The notes under the pieces: generated by a model
What the model was told of the DNA's origin: nothing
What the model saw: only the letters and a program-made list of their open reading frames with translations
Databases searched by the model: none
Shown: piece after piece, positions 37,966 through 48,050 of the stretch
Layout: each line of letters starts with the position of its first letter
Position numbering within the stretch: position 1 is the stretch's first letter
Source: Phoronis australis
Taxonomy: Eukaryota > Animalia > Phoronida
Length of the DNA: 64,000 nt
NCBI GenBank assembly: GCA_002633005.1
Contig: NMRA01000975.1
Coordinates: 1-64,000, forward strand
Direction of reading: 5' to 3'
Made by a program: the position numbers and the translations under genes

Positions 37966-38427
37966 GATCAGGTCCTACATAATCTTAACAGAGTCGGGTC
38001 ATAAGCGGACAACATAAACAGGGCCACGGCGGGTCCGTCAGAAGCGAGCCTGCTTCACGTGTGCGGTGTGCCGATAACATTAACAGGGCCTCACGGGTGT
38101 TTGTGAAGATAACACACCTGGCTCAGATTAATCACTCCTGCATGTATTTAGAACTACTACTGAAAGGGAAAGAAGCTGACCCAAACAATCCAATCATGAC
38201 TGGAAATTTTTATATAGCTGTACATCGGGAATAAACCCGTGTATTCTGTCAAATGATAAGTTATGATTTAACCTATTTACCGCTAAAATGGTCTTGTTTA
38301 ATATAGTGTTCTTTACTTCCTTATTTCTTCAGACTAAGCCCACAAAATTTCAGGTAACGCCGTAGGCGGCGCCCCTCGACTACCTATACACAACAGAGAC
38401 TCAGGGGCTACAATACTCCCCATCACT

Positions 38428-38495
38428 CACGGGCGGCGCAGCACTGAAAAAGTGGGGGCTATAGCCTCCCGGCACCCTATGGTGCGCCGCCCATG
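38428..38495. mobile_element. 68-bp mini-element with TIRs and near-perfect 5-bp TSD
   Basis: CACGGGCGGCGCA..TGCGCCGCCCATG flanked by TCACT / TCACA. Confidence 0.6.
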
Positions 38496-40106
38496 TCACA
38501 GTCTGTGCTAATTTCATCCCATGGCGGAAGGCCAAATCCGTGCACGGAATAAGAGGTTTTCACCTCGCCAACAATTAAACTTTCACTTAAGAATCCGCTT
38601 ACTTTCTTCAGTGATCCTTTTTTGTTCTACACATATCTTCCATAATGCGATGAAGCATATTTACGGGAATTATGGTGATTGGCGAAGAAGTTTAATACCA
38701 CCCTTTTGGTTACCGTTAACTTTTTCACCGCGCGCGATACCAAAGAAAATGAAGTCGCCAGAGACCGTAGAGAGATCACGCGAGTTAGGCCACGAAAAAC
38801 GCGAGGACTGAACGAATTTGCAAAATGTAAAATGGGAAAATATTCGGTGGAATTTATAATATGTGTGTCCCTTGTACAATTTGTTCGTCAACACGCGAGA
38901 TTTCGCAAAACTTCCTCAAAATGGCACCCGGTGAGGGAAGCTTGAGCAAATCACGACAGATTTCCATGCATAAAGTATGTTCATATTAAATTAATTTGTC
39001 TCCAGAGTCATGATATGTTAATTAGTTACTCGATGTGTGTGTGTATATGCATGTTTCATTTGATGTTACTCGCTGTATTTTGAGATGAGTAACTTTTATA
39101 CGGGTGTAGTCCTACTATCGCCCCTGTATTACAGGGCCATGCGATTCCACAGTAATAGCCTGACGACAAACTATCAGTGTTATCCAAGCCCAGAAATTAC
39201 TATAAAAACTTGTCTTTGACAGAAAACACACCTAGGTTGAATGCCGCTAAAAATAATCCCGTTATCGAAATTGATATGAGGATAAAAGTATGAAATTCAA
39301 ACCAACCTTTTTCTCTACTTGTACTTGGGTAGGCCTAGCCAGCTCCCCACCCTGACTGTTTCCATGGTGCAATCACGAGATACTTTTTTCTTCGAAAATG
39401 ATTTTCTGGCGTTTTGCCGCTTGTGTCAGTGGGAAAAACATGCGCATTCTGTGCGCTCTGTAATATTCTTCGAAATCACCTGGTTTTGGATTTCTTCGAA
39501 ATAACACCCAAGTTGGGCTGGTTCTCCCACCTGTCGCCAGGTGGCGAAACCGTCTCGTCGTTCGCCCAGGGCTCACACTCTGACGTCAAGCCTATATGAA
39601 GCCAGAGGGTCTGTGCAGTCTGTGGAGGAGACAACTGGTCTAGGAGTTGTTTCGTCTTCATTCGGAGACCTCGGAGCGGGCTCAGACCGCCTTGTGTAAA
39701 TTTTTGATACCTTGATCGGAGGGTTTTACCTAAGACATCATCTTGTTCTTTTCAGGTGACCGTTGTCAGTGTTGGATTGTAGCCTGAATACATATACCGG
39801 TACATCTGTACACAGATAGACCTTCATATCCGACCAGTATAACAGTCATCTGTCCAGTGCGTGTGAAGTAAGTTGATTCCTCTGAGATACAGTGCTGTAG
39901 TGGGACGATGACGCATGTAGGCGCAGCCAACCACCTTTTGGAATTTTAATTAACAGACAGTTTAGTAGAACTTGGGAGAGACAGAGGGTTTTAATAAAAC
40001 ATTATTTCTTTCCTTTTCAGTAGAGTGACCGTTATCATATTGTTGGATGGTATCCTGACTTAAGAGCATGAGCTGTCTTACAACCATCTCTTGTGGGGCT
40101 TTTCAT

Positions 40107-40323
40107 TTGCCCATCTTACCAGAGATTAGTATTTTTACCTTACTTATGTTTAGTCACTGCGTATTACTTGTAAGTGTATTAGTCATAATAAATTACCTTA
40201 CTTGTAATTGTATTTGTCATAATAAATGACCTTATGTCGCCTACCCCGGTCTTTGTTTCATCTCTGGTAACGAGCTGGTGACGCACGAAGTAGTATACAT
40301 CATTCGGTACATATGTCGATCAT
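40107..40323. repeat. Dispersed repeat end shared with 59538-59710
   Basis: TTGCCCATCTTACCAGAGATTA..GTCATAATAAATGAC..TTTCATCT..GTAACGAGCT..TATGTCGATCAT in both copies. Confidence 0.8.
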
Positions 40324-40822
40324 GAATGATTTACATCTACACAAATAAACCTTCAAATCTAGATTCTGCCAATTGTGTTGTGTGCCAGTGAAGTCTGTGA
40401 ACTTTATGATGCAAATGATATTGAAAAGGTCCAAAAGGTTTTTTTCGGGATTTTTGGAGTGGAGTTCCGACTAGTCAGGGAGTGCTCTAGTGATTGTGGC
40501 AGCCAAGGCTCAGAAGTTGGAAAACGTATTAATAATTCAAGGAATGGAAAAATCATAAAATATTGGCTGAAGCTGATAACAGCTGACCTACAGCAAGAGG
40601 TACGTTTCAGTAGAATACAGAATCAACAACACAATTTGGCAAAAAAACTTGAAGGGTTGTTCTGGTTTAGGTCTAAATGTGAACATTTTGTTGAAAACCC
40701 ATGCCATGGGGAACACAGATAATTTTAGACAAAACGAGCTTCATTGACTGACAAAAAACAAACAATAAAAAACAAAAGAAAAACCGCGTTGTGAATTCCA
40801 ATCGGCGTGCACTAAATACACA
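40323..40822. repeat. Direct repeat R1 (left flank of sacsin fragment C)
   Basis: Aligns with 42042-42465 from ATGATTTACATCTAC to CACTAAATACACA, with many substitutions and indels. Confidence 0.85.
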
Positions 40823-40933
40823 AAGGATTGTTTAATGGCAACGTCGAAGTCGTGTAACAAAACCAGCAGACGATATCATGTTGTTAGTCTGTTCAAAAAG
40901 ATAGGAAACTAGCCCTGAATTTCCATTTTACCG

Positions 40934-41999
40934 AACATGCGGTGATCACTGATAACTACTAATGGTGTCCTTTGAAGTTTTTCTTGCTCAGAATAACTCA
41001 ATACAGTACGATTGAAACACGAATAAATGTTTTTCATTACGGTTACAATTAGGCCAGTGTCTCATGCTTGTTGATGTTCATTCGGTTTATGCATTTGGAT
41101 TGAGCAGCACAAATTAGAGCAGTGACTGACGACAAGAGATGATGGTGGCTGCATATAAACACCCAAAGACCCAGCTAGACTCTTACTGATGTTTGAAAAG
41201 CCCGTTAAGATAACGGCGGAGCTCCAACACAAATGAAAGTTACCACTGCCAAGAACAGCCCCATTAAACTTTGCGAATCTTTCTTCATTGAAGCAGGCAT
41301 GTAGTTGGATGATTTCAGGAGACAGTCGAGCTACAAAATCTATATCCTTCAACTGGTGGAGGACGTCAACATGTTCTTTATGATTTTCCAAAAGATAACT
41401 AGTCAAAAGCCGCGACTTTCTGAACTTGTCTTCATAATCTAGTTCACTATCAAGACATGCAATGGTCTGAGCAAAACTGACTAACTAGTCATCTGAAACA
41501 GTTTGCTGTAACCCAATTTCTAACAAGAAGGAATGCCAACCTGAACTCTTGAATGGTACAGGAGGGAAATTTCGCTCTTCCAACATCTCGGCAAAAATGT
41601 CCAGCTCCCAATCGAAGAACTCACGAGCTGTGCATAGTATCCCACTTTCTCCTTTAATGAACGGGGCATTTCTCAGACTTGACAAGAACGACTTACGCTT
41701 TTGATGGTCTCTAAAGCCTGGCATGATATGGTCTTTTATATACGTTAGATGGTCAAGTCTTCCATTCCCTGACATTTCACCAAAATGTTGAAGTATGTAG
41801 TTGGCATACAGATCGGACCGTTCAATCCTCTCGATTCCAAGACAATCCATCACTTGTCTGTCTTGGACCATTCTGTCCAAGAACACAACACTGCTATCGC
41901 TTTCCCAAACGTGAGCATCTGTAGATGGCACATTATATGTGAGCACCACGCCTCGTTTGTCTTCGAGTTTGATAAGAGACCCGCCTTTAGTGCAAAAAA
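40934..41999 (-). pseudogene. Sacsin-like fragment C: copy of B exon 6 segment about 23242-24313
   Basis: ORFs 41485..41949 and 41062..41406 match B ([17 protein letters not shown]..; [23 protein letters not shown]). Premature stops are CAG>TAG (41485-41487) and TGG>TGA (41062-41064); there is a 6-nt deletion and no exon boundaries. Confidence 0.92.
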
Positions 42000-42041
42000 G
42001 TGCTTAAAAGCACCTGCCATTAAAATTGTTGGATTTTATCC

Positions 42042-42465
42042 TGAATAAATGATTTACATCTACGCAAATAAACCTTCTTATTAGATTTTGCCAATTGTGT
42101 TGTGTGTCAGTGAAGTTTGATGCAAATGATATTGAAATGGTCCAAATGATTTTTTTTCGGATTGTTTTGGAGTTCATCTAGTAAGGGAGTACTCCAGTGA
42201 TTGTGTCAGTCAGGTCTGAGAAGTTGGAAAACGATTATTGATAATTCAAGGAACGGCAAACTTATTGGCTGAAGCTGATAACAACTGACCGACATCAAGA
42301 GGTTTGGCAGAAAACTTGAAAGGTTGTTCGAGTTTAGATCTAAAGGGGAATACTAGTTGAAAACCTATGGAATACGAGCTTCATTGAATGACAAAAAATA
42401 AACAAAAATTAAAACAAAACAAAACCCGCGTTGTGAATTCCGAAACCGCGCACACTAAATACACA
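42042..42465. repeat. Direct repeat R2 (right flank of sacsin fragment C)
   Basis: See R1. Confidence 0.85.
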
Positions 42466-43518
42466 GGTACACTCTTTGTGGTCTGGTTACAGCACAGCGG
42501 TGCTGCCGATAGTGGTGTTTGGCTTATTCACTTGTATTATGTTTTCCCGGCCCAAACCTTCAATGATCAGACATTTTTGCTAGGATTCAGAGATGCATTT
42601 GTAAATTTTGCTCTCGCTTTTATCACCCCGGCCAACCCGCGGTCGAGAACGACCGGAAAGCGATAAAGAACGAAACCGGTTGCGAGAAGCGAAGCCAGGC
42701 AAGGTGAGTAAATTTGATGAATTTACGTTGTTTTTACTTCCATTGTGAAAACAGAGACACGAGTTCAAGGCGTAACACATTGAGGAAGGGCAAATAGAGG
42801 TTTGGGCTGGTTTCTTTTCCAATTACTGGAGATAAGTTACGTTGAACGAGGCATCGCTTGAGTCAAAGGGGATGCGTATGTCATTTTAGCAAATTGCGGT
42901 TATTTTTGGCACTAAATCAATAAATTGACCATGAAGTTATGAAGAAGCGACTTGTGAAAATATAACACAACGCTTGTTTTTCGTAGTTTTGTCAGGATTT
43001 CTGATTCTTCGACACTTTCCTGTTGAAAGATGCGATCGAGAACGCCAAGATAAGCAATCGGAAACGCAAATTTTTGTTTGTTTATGCGATCGAGAACGCA
43101 TCGTGGTGTGCCGAACAGTTATAAACTTTTTACTTATAGAACGTGAAAAGGGTTACAAAATAAGTGTGGTGCAATGAATTAATCACATTTTGAGTCATTA
43201 CTGTTACTTTCGTTTCCAAACTAAACAATATCCTAGCATTACCATTAAATTAAAATGAGCGGCTACATGTACATCAAGCCATATTTTACTATGATTATTG
43301 ATATTTTCACAAATGAATTTATTTTCATGTTCACTGTTATTACTGTGAGGCGAGATTCAACGAACAGATTTATCAGGACGTGAATGTACACCCATACATA
43401 CAGACATACTTTTAGATGAAACCAAGTGGAACAAGTGGTTCTAAACTAAGACTCATCCAGCAATTTTTCCTTTTGGTGTGTAAGCCAGGAGTAAACAAAC
43501 TGTTGATGCAGATGAAAG

Positions 43519-43835
43519 CAGTGGCGAATTTAGGAGGGGGGGGGGGTATCAAGGGAGCCATGCCCCCTAAAATTCTCCTAAATGCCATTTGGCAGTCCGG
43601 GGTGCGAATTGCCGACTAGCATATGCGCGCACCCAAGTGGGCTCGAGGGGTTATTACGCAATTCATAGGCCTTGAACAAACCCCGTGTACCTTTTTAGTA
43701 ATAAGGTCCACAAACCCAAAATTTCGAGGCCCCTGCATCTCTACATTTTAGGCTGGGCGCGCGCACGTGGCAAAATTCTGACTATGATTTTTGTGCCCTG
43801 CCCCCCCCCAACTCAAAATCCTGGATCCGCCCCTG
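43519..43835. mobile_element. Small DNA element CAGTGGCGAAT..ATCCGCCCCTG with 5-bp TSD GAAAG, carrying a nested element
   Basis: GAAAG at 43514-43518 and 43836-43840; same family as 4854-5014. Confidence 0.8.
43622..43767. mobile_element. Nested mini-element (ATGCGCGCACCC..GGGCGCGCGCAC), TSD TAGCA/TGGCA
   Basis: Absent from the 4854-5014 copy of the host (empty site); ends match 47158-47405. Confidence 0.7.
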
Positions 43836-46800
43836 GAAAGCGAGTGTCGAATCTTCTTGCAAGATTGTGACAGCAAAACAAAACAAATACGCCAGTGAAG
43901 TTAAAGAATGATGATGAGCGTGCCTGTGGGGAGCGAGAAGAGTGCGGCAACACCATTCGTGAGGTGATTCAAAGATTACCGCTGATGAACGTCTGTGATT
44001 TAAAAATATGCCAGAAATAGTGTTAACTGTTTTGCTGATAAAACGGGTGATATCTTGTTGGATGTTTTACTGATATTATCGATACAGAGATGAACAGATT
44101 GACTTGTGGCACTTGTGCGGCTTGGATATACAACATATGTTTGACTCTTCTGTTTTGTAGTATTGGTCCTGAGTGCATTTTCAGTTCATGATCTCCAGTT
44201 TAACGTGACATTGAAAAAGAGTGAGGCAAGATATAATACACCTACTATATTGTGATTTTCTCAAAACGTAGTTAAAATGTTGTCTTTAACATCACTTCAA
44301 GACACAATGTAGTGATTACACAAGAAATCAACAACAATATTAAAGCAATAAATATTATTAATCTTTTATCACACATACCACAAAATTGGTCATACGGAAA
44401 AAAAGATATAAAACATTGCTTTAGGGAAATCAACATAACACATCCAGTGTACATATCATGCGAAATATTTTTGGAGTGTATTAGACTAAATCTTCACTGA
44501 ATCATAGACAATCTATTTCGGACCGGTTCATAGTATAAAATTCTCTCACAGGGAATCAACAACAATATGAAAACAGTTTCTACAGTTATGGCAGACATAT
44601 AGTTTTCTTTTGAAATACTAATTGGTCATAACGATTGTATGTAAGAATCACCCAATGACACATAGAGTGGCCATTTAAATGTACCCAAACACAACAAAAA
44701 TGCACTGGTTCTGTTAAACATGCTGCTGAAATAACACGAATAGGGAAAGGTTCAAAACAAAACGGGGCAAAATGCTATCACATCAGACAACTACCAACCA
44801 TAAACTCTGTAAATCTGAATAAAGTTTCGTGAATTAACAACTTTCACTACTGGACTGAATAATTTTATTCATGGTGATTCTGATTCTCATGTCTGTAGAA
44901 GGAGGCACACTCTTTGCATGACACATTCACAACTTACAACAAGGAGTGTCCTCAGGCTTACTCTTTCTGTGAAACATTGATCGCAGATAGGGCACTGAAA
45001 CAACTTGGTTCCTGAGCACTATGCTTCATATTGTGTTTTCTTATGCGGTAAAAAAAAATCTTGCCCAATGCATAATTTAATAAACTCACTTCATGAAGAT
45101 AATACCTAGGATAATCTCGCAAAAGTGCAAGTTTCCGCAAGTTCTTGCAACATATTGTCATGTATTATAAGCGAAACACTCGACCTTTTCTTGCTTGTGT
45201 CACAGGTTCATAGTACACAGCCCTGGATTACCCTTTCCCAAGTGAATATTGATGTAATCCTATGGCAATTTTCTCGCATTGTTTTCCATTATGTAACGCT
45301 AAGCACTAACAGCTCAAGAGTAAACGGTCCGTATATGTATGTTATTGGCTTGAAGTGAATACGGCAGGAGAAATTTTCTAGTGCCAGATCTCGTGTGAGG
45401 TAAATAACGTGTTTCTGAGATACAATACACGTTATTCACGGAGTCACCATTCTTGCAATGTCTATAACTTGTGGCAAAGTCATTAGTTTGGAAAAATTGG
45501 GAGGTGGGAGGTTTTAAACAGCAAAGATGAAGACAACTGCTAAAAATGAATAGGCTATGGTATACTCTTCTGGATGATTAAATAAAAATACTGCTGACTT
45601 TTTAATATTTGAAAGAAATTTTGCATAGTTTACATTTTAAGTTCCATTTTACCCTCGAGGCCTGGCTAAAAGTGAAACGTGGAATAAGTCTGTTTACTCT
45701 CATGAAATCTGCCTCATAATATTCCGTACTGGGACAAAACTCAGTTTTGTCACCTACAAGGACATCAAAACCGTCAGCTATTCAAGACAACGTTAGGGTT
45801 CAGATTTAATTGGGGCTGGTAGACCAACCCCAAACTTGCTAATTCTAAAACGGCGCGTGTACGTATTGCCTGTGACTTGAGTTGGTAACGTAAACGCGTT
45901 ATATTACGAGACTCGGAGTTTCTTAAGTTTACCATAAAGGAAAGGTACATCTATAGCAAAATAACGAAATCCTATGTAATATGAAGATTCAAAATGAAAT
46001 CTCAAAAAGCTCTGTTACAGTTTCAGTCTGAAGTAGGCCTATCATTTCATTTCCATTTCATGCAACTTTAACTTTTTCATCAAAATCATAAAAGTGATAA
46101 TTTTTGTAGTTTCATAGCTCCTCATAGAAAATTGGATATCACTAAAGACAATTTCTAATACAGTTTTGAAGAAAGGTGCATAAAAACAGTACTTTCCCGC
46201 TCTGCCATTTCCGAGCTATGATATTCCGAACATTGTTAGATACCTATATTGCCATGCAGGTCAACATGGAATATTCTTCGGATTTATCCTCGCACACGTA
46301 CATCGACGCGGAGAGGTAGTTATAGAGACTAGGTACAAAACTTCACGAAACAAAGCAGCTTCTTAATTGAAATGTTCGCACTTTTTTTACCTCAGCTTTA
46401 ATGAGAGCATGCAACTTGAGCAAACGTGTCAAGTTTTAAAGTGCTACCGGAACGCCAACCGCATCAAAACTCCAGGATTTTATCGTACTCTTCATTTCAC
46501 CTGCTGCATTACGTTGCTTATCGTCACTACCGCGAGAATTTCCATGGGTGCCTAGTCGGAAAACGAAAGTTTAAAAAACGTCGTCTTTATGAAACCGAAT
46601 ATACGCCCTGATGCATATTTTCAGGAACTTAAATTTAGGGGCCTATTGGACCCCGCACGGATCTCGCGAAACTTGCTGAAATGAAGCACCGCTCACCAAT
46701 TTTTGGTTAACGCCTGCGGGCACCTTGTCAATTATATGAGTGACTCCTCGGTGTGTCAATACAGCTAGTTACCAACAGATAGCAATCTGAATGAAGTGGC

Positions 46801-47157
46801 AATCCTTACCATTTGAAATAAACAAAACGTTTCATCAAAACAGATTACGTTAGAACAATCCGTCAAACTTTTTGCAAAATCAATTACCGAAAACCTGAAT
46901 ACCCCTATGGGCATTTTTTGGAAAATGTTCCGAAAATACGCCCATGAGCCTGTGCTTTTGTTTCTCTATACGGGGCCACTGGCAGTCGCCGAGTCCGCTG
47001 CGGCCTATGGGGCTCAATGGCACTGCCAGAGTGGACCGGCGAAACTATGAATGGAACGAGCCTCAACTAGGACAGCCGCGATGGAAGGTTCAGGCCATTT
47101 TTCACGCTTAGTTGTATGCAACACTTGTCTGACCCACAACCGCTCTCCAGCACTGTA

Positions 47158-47405
47158 CATTCGCGCACCCAGGGGGGATTGGCTAGGGGGCTCGAAGGAG
47201 CCCCTCCATTTGACGAGGTGGGCAAGAAGGTCAGCCCCTGAGACAAAAAGTCCAAAAATGGAACTAAATACGCGAACTTCACAGTGGTGCTCCCGTTTTT
47301 TTTTTCTTTTCTTATTTTTTTTGTCCGCCCGCTCTTTTGTTAGCAACTAGGTCCACAACGTCAGGAATTCGAGGCCCCCCATATTGAAGGCTGGGTGCGC
47401 GCATA
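47158..47405. mobile_element. Mini-element with TIR CGCGCACCCAG..CTGGGTGCGCG, TSD CTGTA/TTGTA
   Basis: Perfect 11-bp inverted termini; internal GGGCTCGA and TTCGAGGCCCC are shared with 43622-43767. Confidence 0.7.
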
Positions 47406-47724
47406 TTGTATAGGCGCCTGGCCGGTCCTCGCGGAAGAATAGACATTTTGTTAAACGTCATTTTTCGCATTAGATGGCGCTAAGTACTTTCTACTCCAAT
47501 ATCATTGCGCGGGAGCTCAAATCCCTTGGGCAGTTAAAGCATATCTAAGGTAGAAATAATTGATTTAAAAATGACCCTTCCAAAACACGTGAAAGGTTAT
47601 AAGAGGTGTGTCTGAGATGTAATAATAAGATTTAGTTTCTGCCAAAATGTGGTAAAAAGTCGCGAGTAAGCCGCGTATTAATCACAACCCAAGATCCAGT
47701 TTGTGAATAGTCTAGGTCGCTTTC

Positions 47725-47758
47725 ATCGCGGGGGCAACCGTAAACAAGTTGGTAAACA
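47725..47758 (+). promoter_or_regulatory. Candidate proximal module: X-box-like ATCGCGGGGGCAAC followed by two forkhead motifs GTAAACA (47740-47746, 47752-47758)
   Basis: Motif match only, about 130-160 nt upstream of the ATG at 47885. Confidence 0.4.
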
Positions 47759-47884
47759 ACGTGGCAGCTTTTGTATCAGTGTTATTATCGCAGAGAGTGC
47801 ATTGATTAGCGAACGATTGGCGCGGACAGTATTTGCGTTTTCAACTCTACAGTTTCTCGCAATTCCTACAAATTTCAGACCAAA

Positions 47885-48050
47885 ATGGGATGTAACAGCA
47901 GCAAAAACACCCAGACAGCCAGCGGGGCTCCCCCAAAGGCGAAATCGACTTCGCAACCGCCTGCGCAGGAGGTAAAACCACAGCCCAAGGAAGAACCGAA
48001 GAAGATTGAGGAGACGCAGCAACAACAGGATAACAAAGCACAAGAAGAAG
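47885..48050 (+). CDS. Exon 1: MGCNSSKNTQTASGAPPKAK..QQDNKAQEE
   Basis: MGxxxS/K myristoylation consensus with Cys3; AAG|GTATAG donor. Confidence 0.85.

Noticed and set aside
42600-42710. Plus-strand AAG|GTGAGT donor after a CpG-rich stretch, possibly splicing to TTTTAG at about 43415
   Set aside because: The downstream frame has stops and a MITE insertion; no product can be supported.
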